This document shows positions 28,920 to 38,405 of a DNA stretch of 58,323 nt, piece after piece (position 1 is the first letter of the stretch; the number at the start of each line of letters is the position of its first letter). The stretch covers positions 1-58,323 of the forward strand of contig JAWOEZ010000004.1 in the NCBI GenBank assembly GCA_046482435.1, given 5' to 3'. A model generated the notes under the pieces. The model saw only the letters and a program-made list of their open reading frames with translations. It did not search any database and was not told where the DNA came from. Both the position numbers and the translations under genes were made by a program. This stretch comes from Halanaerobiales bacterium (lineage in GTDB: Bacteria > Bacillota > Halanaerobiia > Halanaerobiales > M55B127).

Positions 28920-30308
28920 ATGAGTATATATATTAAAAATGGTAAGGTGGTAAAAGAAAACACAGTTGAAAATTTAAATATTTTAATAGAAGAGGACCAT
29001 ATTAAAAAAATCGATATATCGGAAAATTTTATTGAAGAAGAAATTAAAGATAGTGACATTTTGGATGCTGAAGGGCGTTATGTCCTCCCCGGAATGATAG
29101 ATGCTCACACCCATTATCTTCTAAAATCTAGAAACTCGGTAACAGCAGATGATTTTTATAATGGTTCACTTGCTTCTGCTTTCGGAGGGGTAACAACTTT
29201 CATAGATTATATTGATGACCAGTATCAAAGGGAAAATACCTTTAAAGAATCACTAGAAAACAGAAAAGAGGAGGCCAGAGATGCAGTAGTTGATTATTCA
29301 TTTCATCAGATAATCACCCACTTTGATGATAATATTATAGATCAACTTAAAGAAGTTAAAGAAGAGGGAATTAATAATATTAAAATTTTTACTACTTATC
29401 GTAAAGAAGGTTATTTACTAGAAAAAGAAAATTTATATGAACTATTTAAAATTTTAAGCAAGCTTGAATTATTACCTACCGTACATGCTGAAGATAATGA
29501 AATTATAGAAGAGAAACAAGAAAAGTATAAAAAAGAAAAAAAGACTGGGATAGAATACCATCCAGAGATAAGGCCGGATAATGCTGAAGCTGAAGCGGTT
29601 AAAAATATTGGAGAATTAATAGATATAATGGAGATGCCGGGCTATATTGCTCACCTTTCTTCAAAACTAGGCCTTGAAGAGCTTAAACGCCAGCAGGCTG
29701 ATGGGAGAAATTTACATGCTGAGACTACTCCCCATTATCTAGTATTAAATAGGGAATTTTTAGAAAGAGATGATGGATATCTTTACTTTATGACTCCTCC
29801 TTTAAGAACAGAAGAAGATAATGAAAGTTTATGGAAAGGGTTAACCGATGATAATTTAGATGTTGTGGCTACAGACCACTGTGCTTTTACTAAAGCTCAA
29901 AAAAAGATAGGTGATAATTCATTTGATACTTTGCCTGGAATTCCTGGTTCAGAAACTTTATTACCTTTAGTTCATCATTTTGGGAATGAAAAGGGTTTGG
30001 ATATATTAGAGATAGTAAATAAACTTTCTACAAATCCCGCCAAAATATTTGGACTGTATCCTCGTAAAGGTAGTTTGCAGGAAGGGACAGATGCAGACCT
30101 TATAATATTTGATCCAGAAAAAAGTAGAAAACTTGATAGTGTTTTTATGCATTCAATGGCTGGATATAGCCCCTATGAACATATTGAAGTAAAAGGATTT
30201 CCTGTTACAACTATCAACAGGGGAAAAATAATAATTGATGAAGGTGCTTACCGCGGTTTCAGGGGCCACGGACAGTTTATCGAAGCTGAAAAGAGTTCTT
30301 TATACTAA
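28920..30308 (+). CDS. hydA: Dihydropyrimidinase / hydantoinase
   Basis: PGMIDAHTH, ADDFYNGS, GGVTTFID, VHAED, ETTPHYL, PPLR, ATDHCAF, KIFGLYPRKG. Confidence 0.88.
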   Translation: MSIYIKNGKVVKENTVENLNILIEEDHIKKIDISENFIEEEIKDSDILDAEGRYVLPGMIDAHTHYLLKSRNSVTADDFYNGSLASAFGGVTTFIDYIDDQYQRENTFKESLENRKEEARDAVVDYSFHQIITHFDDNIIDQLKEVKEEGINNIKIFTTYRKEGYLLEKENLYELFKILSKLELLPTVHAEDNEIIEEKQEKYKKEKKTGIEYHPEIRPDNAEAEAVKNIGELIDIMEMPGYIAHLSSKLGLEELKRQQADGRNLHAETTPHYLVLNREFLERDDGYLYFMTPPLRTEEDNESLWKGLTDDNLDVVATDHCAFTKAQKKIGDNSFDTLPGIPGSETLLPLVHHFGNEKGLDILEIVNKLSTNPAKIFGLYPRKGSLQEGTDADLIIFDPEKSRKLDSVFMHSMAGYSPYEHIEVKGFPVTTINRGKIIIDEGAYRGFRGHGQFIEAEKSSLY

Positions 30309-30354
30309 TTAGAACATAGTGAAATATAAAAAAGGGTGTAAATTAAAAAAATTC

Positions 30355-30393
30355 ATGTGAATACTTGCACAAAGTAATTAATTATGTTATACT
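30355..30393 (+). promoter_or_regulatory. SigA promoter with an overlapping Rex-like operator
   Basis: TTGCAC (30365-70)-17-TATACT (30388-93) with an extended TG. ATGTGAA-TACT-TGCACAA (30355-72) has 2 mismatches to the Rex consensus. Confidence 0.6.
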
Positions 30394-30399
30394 ATTTTT

Positions 30400-30508
30400 G
30401 AAATCGAAAAATAAGTAAATATTTGAGTGTTTAAATGAATTCAAAAGTTTGATTAATAATCATGACACCCCTTCCCTATCTGTTATTTCAGATAGGGTTT
30501 TTATTTTT
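30400..30508 (+). ncRNA. Candidate ~110-nt small RNA
   Basis: Lies between a strong promoter and an intrinsic terminator (CCCTATCTG-N6-CAGATAGGG plus U-tract, 30474-30508). No credible ORF. Carries a C-rich ACACCCCTTCCC stretch. Confidence 0.5.
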
Positions 30509-30605
30509 CAAGTTAAAATTTAAAAAAATTTCTTTAGATTTAAAACTTTTATTTAACTTGCTAATTATGGTATAATTTAAATAACAATTTCGGAGGTGGA
30601 AGTAA

Positions 30606-32993
30606 ATGAATAAAAACTATAATATTTCTGCAGATGAGCTCAGATGTTACTGCAAATCCGAAAATTTTAATTTTAAATCAACGGCTGATCTAGAACCGTT
30701 CAAAGAGGGAATAATTGGTCAAAAGAGAGCAGTAAATGCTATAGATACTGGCATGAGAATCGAGCGTGAAGGATATAATATCTATATATCCGGTGTAACA
30801 GGTTCAGGTAGATCTACTTATGCTAAAACTATAGCCGAAAAAAAGTCTGACAAAAAAGAAGTTCCCTATGATTTATGTTATGTATTTAATTTCAGTAATC
30901 CTGAAAAACCGAAGGCAATGAAACTGCCTCCCGGAACCGGATTGAGATTAGAAAGTGATATGGAAAATTTTATAAAGGATCTAAAAGAAGAGATTCCAGA
31001 AGTATTTCAAAGTGAAGAGTATGATGAAGCCCGTAATAAAATAATGTCTCAGTACCAGGAAAAGTCCAACAAAATAATGGAAGATTTTAACAAGAAAATC
31101 AAAAAAGAAGGTTTTACTCTGCAAAATACCGCTCGAGGTAATGTGCCTGTTCCCATAGATGAAGAAGGCAATATAATAAAACAGGATGAGTTTCAAAAAC
31201 TTGAGGAAGAAAAGAAGAGAAAAATAAGAAAAAAGAGTCAGCAAATCCAGAATGATATGGAAAAAATGATGAGAGAAATACGTGAAATTAAATCTCAAGC
31301 TCAAGATAAGTTAAAGGAAATGGAAAAGAAATTAAGCCTTAACGTAATTGAACCTAAGATTGAAAACTTGAAAGAAAAATATGGCGATATAGAGGAAATT
31401 ATTCAGTATCTTGAAAGGGTAAAAAAAGATATTACCCAAAATTTAGATAAATTTAAGAAGAACGGAGATGCTTCTAAACAGAAAAATATAGCTCAACTAT
31501 TTCAACAAAAAGATGATGGTTCCTTTTTTATTCGCTATAAAGTTAATCTGATAGTTGACAACAAAGAACTGGAAGGTGCCCCCGTTATTTTTGAACACAA
31601 CCCAACTTATTATAATTTGTTCGGTAAGGTTGAAGCAAAGAGTCAGTTTGGTACTCTTACCACAGATTTTACTATGATCAAAAGTGGTTCTGTCCATGAG
31701 GCAAGTGGTGGCTATCTAATAATGAAAGTAAAAGATCTGCTTACAAAGCCTTTTGCCTGGGAAACCCTAAAAAGAGTTCTAATCAATCAGGAAATTACAG
31801 TAGAAAATATTGGTGAACAATACAGAGCAGTTCCGATTAGTGGCTTAAAACCAAAAGGTATTCCAGTTGATCTTAAAGTTGTTTTAATAGGTGACCCCTA
31901 TATTTATCAACTTCTTTATCATTATGATGAAGAATTCAAAAAGTTATTTAAAATAAGAGCTGATTTCGATTACGAAATGAAAAGAAACGAAGAGAACATG
32001 GAAAAATTCGCATCCTTTATTGCTTCTATCTGTAAAAATGAGAACTTAAACCATTTTACTCCTGAGGCTGTTTCTAAAGTTATTGAATATAGCAGCAGAA
32101 TGTCAGAAGATAAGGATAAGATGACGGCCAAATTTAATCAAATATTAGAGGTAATTTATGAGGCAGATTCACTGGCAGAAGTCAATACACATCACCTCGT
32201 TGAAAAAAATGATGTGAAGAAAGCTATCGAAGAAAAAATAAAGAGATCAAACTTGATAGAAGAAAAAATCCAGGAAAGAATAGAAGATGAGCACATCTTA
32301 ATTGATATAGAAGGAGAAAAAATTGGAGAGATTAACGGCCTATCCGTATACCAAACCGGTCAGTATGCCTTTGGTAGACCTACAAAAATTACTGCCCAGA
32401 CTTTTATGGGGCAAAAAGGTGTAATTAACATTGAGCGAGAAGCAGATATGAGCGGTAAGATCCATAATAAAGGAGTCCTGATTTTTTCTGGTTATCTGGG
32501 CAATAAATATGCTCAGGATATTCCGCTTAGTTTAAATGCTTCCCTAGCCTTTGAACAAAGTTATGGTGGTATTGATGGGGATAGTGCTACTGCTGCAGAG
32601 TTGATTGCTATCTTATCCTCTATAACAGGATACCCTGTAAGACAGAATTTAGCAATCACTGGTTCGATGAATCAAAAAGGTAAGATTCAACCGATCGGTG
32701 GAGTTAATCAGAAGGTAGAGGGTTTCTATAAGGTATGTCAAAACAAAAAAGTTACAGGTGATCAGGGAGTAGTAATTCCAGAACAAAATAAAGATAACCT
32801 GATGTTAAAAGAAGATATAATTGATGATATTAAAGATGATAAGTTCCATCTTTATTCAGTAAGTGATATCGAGGAAGCGATTGAACTTATGTTTGATAGA
32901 CCGGCCGAAGAGGTTCATGAAAAAGTAAAAGAAGTGATGAAAGAAAAGGCAGAAAAAGCCGTGGAATATAAAAGCAAGGGAAAAGAAGAATAA
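30606..32993 (+). CDS. Lon-like S16 protease, LonC/YcbZ type
   Basis: IGQKRA, degenerate Walker A GVTGSGRST, coiled-coil insert, INGLSV, FEQSYGGIDGDSA (Ser), IGGVNQKVEGF (Lys). Own extended -10 TGgTATAAT at 30568-76. Confidence 0.85.
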   Translation: MNKNYNISADELRCYCKSENFNFKSTADLEPFKEGIIGQKRAVNAIDTGMRIEREGYNIYISGVTGSGRSTYAKTIAEKKSDKKEVPYDLCYVFNFSNPEKPKAMKLPPGTGLRLESDMENFIKDLKEEIPEVFQSEEYDEARNKIMSQYQEKSNKIMEDFNKKIKKEGFTLQNTARGNVPVPIDEEGNIIKQDEFQKLEEEKKRKIRKKSQQIQNDMEKMMREIREIKSQAQDKLKEMEKKLSLNVIEPKIENLKEKYGDIEEIIQYLERVKKDITQNLDKFKKNGDASKQKNIAQLFQQKDDGSFFIRYKVNLIVDNKELEGAPVIFEHNPTYYNLFGKVEAKSQFGTLTTDFTMIKSGSVHEASGGYLIMKVKDLLTKPFAWETLKRVLINQEITVENIGEQYRAVPISGLKPKGIPVDLKVVLIGDPYIYQLLYHYDEEFKKLFKIRADFDYEMKRNEENMEKFASFIASICKNENLNHFTPEAVSKVIEYSSRMSEDKDKMTAKFNQILEVIYEADSLAEVNTHHLVEKNDVKKAIEEKIKRSNLIEEKIQERIEDEHILIDIEGEKIGEINGLSVYQTGQYAFGRPTKITAQTFMGQKGVINIEREADMSGKIHNKGVLIFSGYLGNKYAQDIPLSLNASLAFEQSYGGIDGDSATAAELIAILSSITGYPVRQNLAITGSMNQKGKIQPIGGVNQKVEGFYKVCQNKKVTGDQGVVIPEQNKDNLMLKEDIIDDIKDDKFHLYSVSDIEEAIELMFDRPAEEVHEKVKEVMKEKAEKAVEYKSKGKEE

Positions 32994-33003
32994 CTTAATA
33001 GAG

Positions 33004-34158
33004 GTGTCGGAAGTGTATTTAATAAAAGATGTAGATATTATAAAACCCGATAAGGTATTAAAAAAATATGATATTAAGTTTACAGATAAAATACTTGCTA
33101 TAGAAAAAGATATTAAAAAGGATAGTAAGTCCCAAATGATTGATGGGGATGGGTTTTACCTTAGCCCCGGATTTATAGATCTTCATCTGCACGGTAGTTT
33201 TGGGATTGATATAATGTCAGACCGAAAAGAAGATATAAAAGAAATGGCTGATAAACTGCTCCAAGTAGGAACTACATCCTTTTTACCAACAGTTATGACC
33301 GCAAGTTATGAGCGGATGGAAAATGTCATTGGAAATATTCAAAGTATTTTGAAGGAAGGAAGTAATGGGATAAAGGGCATAAATTTAGAAGGACCATTAT
33401 TAAATCCTGCTAAAGCTGGAGCTCAGGACAAAAGATATATGAAAGCCGGGAATCTTGAATTGTTTGATAAGTATAAAGATTTAATTAAAATTGTAACAGT
33501 AGCCCCAGAAGTTGAAGGAGCTGCTGCTTTGCTCAAGAAGTTAAAGAGTTTAAATATAGTGGCTGCAATGGGGCATACAAATGCAAGTTATGAAGAGAGT
33601 TTAAAAGGTTTTGAAGATGGAATTTCTTTAGTCACCCATCTTTTTAATGGGATGAAGGGTATTCACCACCGAGACCTCGGAGCAGCCGGTGCTGCCTTAA
33701 TGGAAGATATAAGTACCGAATTAATTGTTGATGGAATTCATATCTCCCCACCAATGATTAAGATGGTATTAAAGTTAAAAGAAAACGAACAGTTAATACT
33801 GATTACAGATGCCCAACCAGCCGCCCTATATAAAGGTAATGAAATTAAATTCAATAATAAAAAGGTAATTTTAAAAGAAGGGAGTGCCCGCTTTGAAGAC
33901 GGGACTTTAGCAGGTAGTATTCTTTCAATGAATAAAGCCGTCAAAAATATGGCAGAGTTTACCGAGTTGAAGTTAGATGAAATAATAAAAATGGCTACTT
34001 TAAATCCAGCCCGAAAAATTAATATTGATTCTAATTTAGGTAGTATCGACTTGGATAAAAAAGCCGATTTGATATTACTAGATAATAATCTAAATATCAA
34101 AGGAGTTTTTAAAGAAGGAAAAAAAATTAGCCAAGGACAAGAAAACAGGAGTGAATAA
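33004..34158 (+). CDS. nagA: N-acetylglucosamine-6-phosphate deacetylase
   Basis: PGFIDLHLHG, LEGP, APE, GHTNA, THLFNGM, DGIH, LITDA, LAGS. Confidence 0.9.
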   Translation: MSEVYLIKDVDIIKPDKVLKKYDIKFTDKILAIEKDIKKDSKSQMIDGDGFYLSPGFIDLHLHGSFGIDIMSDRKEDIKEMADKLLQVGTTSFLPTVMTASYERMENVIGNIQSILKEGSNGIKGINLEGPLLNPAKAGAQDKRYMKAGNLELFDKYKDLIKIVTVAPEVEGAAALLKKLKSLNIVAAMGHTNASYEESLKGFEDGISLVTHLFNGMKGIHHRDLGAAGAALMEDISTELIVDGIHISPPMIKMVLKLKENEQLILITDAQPAALYKGNEIKFNNKKVILKEGSARFEDGTLAGSILSMNKAVKNMAEFTELKLDEIIKMATLNPARKINIDSNLGSIDLDKKADLILLDNNLNIKGVFKEGKKISQGQENRSE

Positions 34159-34159
34159 A

Positions 34160-34598
34160 GTGATAAAAATTGAAGCAGATCTGCATGTCCATTCTATGTT
34201 TAGTGGCCATGCCTATTCAACAATAGATGAATTAGCAGAAGAAGCTAAAAAAAAGGGCTTAAGATGATTGCTCTAACCGACCACGGTCCTGCCTTACCTG
34301 GAGGTACTCATTTTAATTATTTTAATAATTTAAAAGTCTTGCCTGAAACGATAAAATTAATAAGAAAAGTCGAGGTGATAAAAGGTTAACTAGAAAGTTA
34401 ATAAAACTTGCAGTTGATAATGATAAATTACTGGCTTTAAATAGTGATGCCCATTACAGAGATTTGGTAGGAGACTTAAGTAACCTCGAACCAGTAGTGA
34501 GAGATGTGATAATAAAAAATGATAATATTTTGAATTCTTCGCTGGAGTGGGTACTAGAATTTTTAAACAAGAAAAATAAAGTAAATTTGAGTAAATAA
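34160..34598 (+). pseudogene. PHP-domain phosphatase (YcdX-like) pseudogene
   Basis: ADLHVHSMFSGHAYSTIDE, a frameshift just after an A-run, IALTDHGPALPGG, later LNSDAHY. Frameshifted and internally deleted. Confidence 0.75.
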
Positions 34599-34626
34599 AA
34601 GTATTCATAAAATAATTGAGATTATT

Positions 34627-34657
34627 CGGCAATAAGGATATTTATTGCCGTTTTTTT
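34627..34657 (+). terminator. Intrinsic terminator
   Basis: CGGCAATAA...TTATTGCCG followed by T7. Confidence 0.75.
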
Positions 34658-34661
34658 ATGT

Positions 34662-34734
34662 TTGAAATTTTCATCAAATTAGTTATAATAAAAGTAGAAG
34701 GTAAGTGAAAGTCAAAAAGTCAGATAAAATCAAA
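34662..34734 (+). promoter_or_regulatory. SigA promoter of hsp20 with a CtsR-like heptad repeat operator
   Basis: TTGAAA-16-TATAAT (34662-34689). Heptads AGTCAAA (34710) and AGTCAGA-TAA-AATCAAA (34718-34734) resemble RGTCAAA-NAN-RGTCAAA. Confidence 0.6.
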
Positions 34735-34754
34735 AATCTTTAGGAGGTGTCTGT

Positions 34755-35192
34755 ATGTTTGATTTAATTCCTGGACGTAGAAAAGAAAAGAGGATGCCGG
34801 AGAAAACTGAAGACCCCTTTGATGCTTTATGGAACAGCTTCTTTGACAATGTGATGGACCGTTCTGAAATTGGGTTCAGAACAGATGTCATGGAAAAAGA
34901 TGACAAGTATATTATAAATGCTGAGCTACCCGGCATGGAGAAAGAAGATATCAACATTGAAATGGATGACAATTATTTAACCATTTCAGCAAACAATGAA
35001 CACTATGAAGAGGAAGAAGAAGGAGGATATATTAGAAGAGAAAGAAGAAGAGGAAGTTACTGCAGAAGTTTTTATGTCGAAAATATAAACGAAGATGGAA
35101 TAGAAGCCGAGTATGATAATGGTATATTAGAAATCACACTTCCAAAGAAAGAAGAAACAGTAAGTAAGAAAAAGACAATAGATATCAAATAA
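34755..35192 (+). CDS. Hsp20/alpha-crystallin small heat shock protein
   Basis: FRTDVME, AELPGMEKEDI, YIRRERRRGSYCRSF, AEYDNGILEITLPK. Confidence 0.93.
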   Translation: MFDLIPGRRKEKRMPEKTEDPFDALWNSFFDNVMDRSEIGFRTDVMEKDDKYIINAELPGMEKEDINIEMDDNYLTISANNEHYEEEEEGGYIRRERRRGSYCRSFYVENINEDGIEAEYDNGILEITLPKKEETVSKKKTIDIK

Positions 35193-35208
35193 ATATAAGC
35201 AGTACTTT

Positions 35209-35235
35209 AAATCCCGGTTTTACCGGGATTTTTTT
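35209..35235 (+). terminator. Intrinsic terminator after hsp20
   Basis: AAATCCCGGT-TTT-ACCGGGATTT followed by a T-tract. Confidence 0.8.
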
Positions 35236-35269
35236 CACTTTATCTGAATTTTAAGTTATAATATAAGTA

Positions 35270-35285
35270 TGGAACAGTTTTTGCA
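35270..35285 (+). promoter_or_regulatory. Sigma54 (-24/-12) promoter of the hbd-crt-CoA transferase operon
   Basis: TGGAACAGTTTTTGCA: GG-N10-GC spacing, about 70 nt before hbd. Confidence 0.75.
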
Positions 35286-35355
35286 TAATATATAAGTGGG
35301 AATGGATTTTAGATAATAAGATAGAGCAATCCAAAATCTAAAGGAGGAATAATTA

Positions 35356-36198
35356 GTGAATAAAATAGCAATAATTGGTTCGGGTACGATGGGTAATGGT
35401 ATTGCCCAAGTAGTAGCCGGATCTGGTTATGAAGTTATACTTGTCGACTTAACAGAGGAATTATTACAGAGAGGCATTGAAACGATTGAAAAAAATTTAA
35501 ATAGAGCTATTAATAAGGAAAAAATAAGTAGAGATGAAAAAGAAAAAATATTAAACAGAATTTACACCACAGTTAAATATGAGGATATTGACAATGTTGA
35601 TCTTGTAATAGAAGCTGCTCCGGAAAAACTGGAGGTAAAAAAGGAGATATTTAAAAAACTGGATGAGATTTTAAATGAAGATATAATAATTGCAAGCAAT
35701 ACTTCTGCCTTGAGTTTAACGGAACTAGCAGCTGCAACCAGCCGGCCAGAAAAGGTTGTTGGCATCCATTTTTTTAATCCGGTAACAGTAATGGAGCTTG
35801 TAGAATTAATCAATAATATTCTAACAAGTGAAAAAACTATGGACAAAGCTCGTGAATTCGTTGATTCTATCGGCAAAACAGCTGTTGAAGTAAACGAGTC
35901 GCCAGGTTTTTTAGTAAACAGGCTTTTAATACCGATGATTAATGAAGCGATCTTTTTAGTAGAAGAAGATATAGCATGTCCTGATGACATTGATACTGCA
36001 ATGAAATTAGGAGCTAACCACCCCCTAGGACCTTTAGCTTTAGCAGACCTCATTGGTTTAGATGTATGTCTAGCAATTATGGAAACCTTACAGGAAGAGT
36101 TTGGGGATCCCAAGTACAGACCAGCACCCCTCTTAAGGAAAAAGGTAAGAGCTGGGCAGTTGGGTAGAAAGACCGGAGAAGGCTTTTATCAATACTAG
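35356..36198 (+). CDS. hbd: 3-hydroxybutyryl-CoA dehydrogenase
   Basis: [53 protein letters not shown]. Confidence 0.92.
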   Translation: MNKIAIIGSGTMGNGIAQVVAGSGYEVILVDLTEELLQRGIETIEKNLNRAINKEKISRDEKEKILNRIYTTVKYEDIDNVDLVIEAAPEKLEVKKEIFKKLDEILNEDIIIASNTSALSLTELAAATSRPEKVVGIHFFNPVTVMELVELINNILTSEKTMDKAREFVDSIGKTAVEVNESPGFLVNRLLIPMINEAIFLVEEDIACPDDIDTAMKLGANHPLGPLALADLIGLDVCLAIMETLQEEFGDPKYRPAPLLRKKVRAGQLGRKTGEGFYQY

Positions 36199-36211
36199 GG
36201 AAGAAGGGATT

Positions 36212-36997
36212 ATGATGGACTTTAAAAATATCATTACAAAAACTGTGTCTAACAAAGCCTATATTGAAATTAATCGTCCCAAAAATTTGAATTCCTTGAA
36301 TAGGGAAACATTATTAGAAATCGAAGAAGCTGTAGATATAGTTTCTGAGGATAATAGTATTAGGGTTTTAATAATTACAGGTAAAGGAGATAAAGCATTT
36401 ATAGCAGGTGCAGATATAAGTGAAATGAAAGATATGAAAACTCTTGAAGCAAAAAAATTTGCTATTTTAGGGCAGCGCGTATTTAATAAAATAGAAAAGT
36501 GTAATAAACCTGTGATAGCAGCAGTAAATGGTCATGCATTAGGTGGAGGTTGTGAATTAGCCTTAGCTTGTGATATCAGGATTGCTAGTAAAAATGCTCA
36601 ATTTGGCCAGCCCGAAGTAGGTTTAGGAATTATACCAGGTTTTGGTGGGACCCAAAGACTGAGTAGGATTATCGGAGATGGGCTTGCCCGGGAATATATT
36701 TACACGGGGTGTTATATAAATAGTAAAAAAGCAGAAGAAATAGGATTAGTCAACCATCTAACTGAAATAGAAGAATTAGATGCTAAGACTGAAGAAATAG
36801 CTGATGAAATCATTAATAATTCTCCTTCAGCAGTCAGAAAAGCAAAAGAAGTAATCAACTTTAGACTTAACTCCCATCAAGAGGAAGGGCTAGAATTTGA
36901 GGCACAGAGATTTGGGCAATGTTTCAGTACATATGACCAAGAAGAAGGGATGAAGGCATTTCTAAAAAAGGAAAAACCTCAATTCAAAGGTGAATAA
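36212..36997 (+). CDS. crt: Crotonase / enoyl-CoA hydratase
   Basis: KAFIAGADI, AVNGHALGGGCEL, GQPEVGLGIIPGFGGTQRL. Confidence 0.9.
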   Translation: MMDFKNIITKTVSNKAYIEINRPKNLNSLNRETLLEIEEAVDIVSEDNSIRVLIITGKGDKAFIAGADISEMKDMKTLEAKKFAILGQRVFNKIEKCNKPVIAAVNGHALGGGCELALACDIRIASKNAQFGQPEVGLGIIPGFGGTQRLSRIIGDGLAREYIYTGCYINSKKAEEIGLVNHLTEIEELDAKTEEIADEIINNSPSAVRKAKEVINFRLNSHQEEGLEFEAQRFGQCFSTYDQEEGMKAFLKKEKPQFKGE

Positions 36998-37008
36998 GGA
37001 GGCAATCA

Positions 37009-37668
37009 ATGGGAAAAGTAATAGACTTGCAGGAACTGGATAAACTCTTTCAAAACGAGATGCATATTATGATAGGTGGTTTTTTGGACTGTGGTACTGC
37101 AGAAACAGTATTGGCACATGTTAATCAATTAGGTTTAAAAAGTTTAACTATTATAGTAAATGATGCCGGCTATAATTATAAGAGTAAGGGTAAATTCTTA
37201 GCCAATGCGGACATTGAAAAGATAGTCACATCTCATATCGGAACCAACCCTGATGTAGGAGCAAAGATGAACAGTGGAGAACTAGAAATAGAGTTGATTC
37301 CCCAGGGAACACTTGTAGAACAGATTAGAAGTTGTGGGGCCGGATTAGGAGGGGTATTAACCCCGACCGGTATCGGAACACAGGCGCAAGAAGGTAAAAG
37401 GGTTATTGAAGTAAAGGGAGAGAAATACATTTTAGCAACTCCTATTGAAGCTGATATAGCAATTATTAAAGCCTGGAAAGCAGATCAAAGTGGCAATTTG
37501 ATCTACCGTTATTCTGCAAAAAACTTTAATCCCATAATGGCGATGGCTGCAGATACTGTAATTGCCGAAGCGGAAAACATAGTTAAAAATGGAGAACTTG
37601 ATAATAATAACATAATGACTTCTAATATTTTTATAGATTATCTTGTTGAAAGTAAACCAGTTAATTAA
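37009..37668 (+). CDS. atoD: Butyrate/acetoacetate CoA-transferase subunit A
   Basis: IMIGGF, SHIGTNP, PQGTLVEQIR, GLGGVLTPTG, NFNPIMA. Confidence 0.85.
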   Translation: MGKVIDLQELDKLFQNEMHIMIGGFLDCGTAETVLAHVNQLGLKSLTIIVNDAGYNYKSKGKFLANADIEKIVTSHIGTNPDVGAKMNSGELEIELIPQGTLVEQIRSCGAGLGGVLTPTGIGTQAQEGKRVIEVKGEKYILATPIEADIAIIKAWKADQSGNLIYRYSAKNFNPIMAMAADTVIAEAENIVKNGELDNNNIMTSNIFIDYLVESKPVN

Positions 37669-37717
37669 AATAATAGTCTTGTAATATCTTATCTAATAAA
37701 ACAGAAAGGGTGAAATA

Positions 37718-38368
37718 ATGTCCCAAAACAAAGCTAAAATTGCTCATCGAATTTCTAAAGAAATAAGTGATGGTGATCTCGTTAATCTGGGCATAGGAAT
37801 TCCAACCTTAGTCTGTGATTATATACCTGATGAGATAGAGGTAAATATACATTCAGAAAATGGATTAGTGGGTTTGGACCGGGAGGCAGAAGAAGGGTTT
37901 GAAGATAAAGACATAATAAATGCAAGCGGTAAATTTGCAACTATTAAGAATACTGGGAGTTATTTTGATAGTGCGATGTCCTTTAATATAATTAGAGGGG
38001 GACATCTTGATATGACAGTTCTAGGGGCTCTTCAGGTTGATAGCAAAGGCAATATAGCAAATTGGATGATTCCCGGCAAATTAGTTCCAGGAATGGGTGG
38101 GGCCATGGATTTAACAGTTGGAGCAAAAAAAGTGATATGTGCTATAACCCATCTAACTAAAAAAGGCACTTCAAAGATAAAAAAAGAGTGTAATTTACCC
38201 TTAACAGCAGCCGGTGAGGTTGATCTAATTGTGACTGAACTAGCAGTGTTGGAGGTTACAGATCGAGGTTTAATTTTAAAGGAAATTGCTGAGGAAGTTG
38301 AGATAGAAGAGGTAATACAAAAGACCGAAGCGGAATTAATAATAAGTGATAATTTAAAACAATTTTAA
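37718..38368 (+). CDS. atoA: Butyrate/acetoacetate CoA-transferase subunit B
   Basis: VNLGIGIPT, HSENG (catalytic Glu), IRGGHLD, GMGGAMDL. Confidence 0.85.
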   Translation: MSQNKAKIAHRISKEISDGDLVNLGIGIPTLVCDYIPDEIEVNIHSENGLVGLDREAEEGFEDKDIINASGKFATIKNTGSYFDSAMSFNIIRGGHLDMTVLGALQVDSKGNIANWMIPGKLVPGMGGAMDLTVGAKKVICAITHLTKKGTSKIKKECNLPLTAAGEVDLIVTELAVLEVTDRGLILKEIAEEVEIEEVIQKTEAELIISDNLKQF

Positions 38369-38405
38369 TAATATCAAGGGTACCTCTCAAAGCCCTTTGT
38401 TTTCT

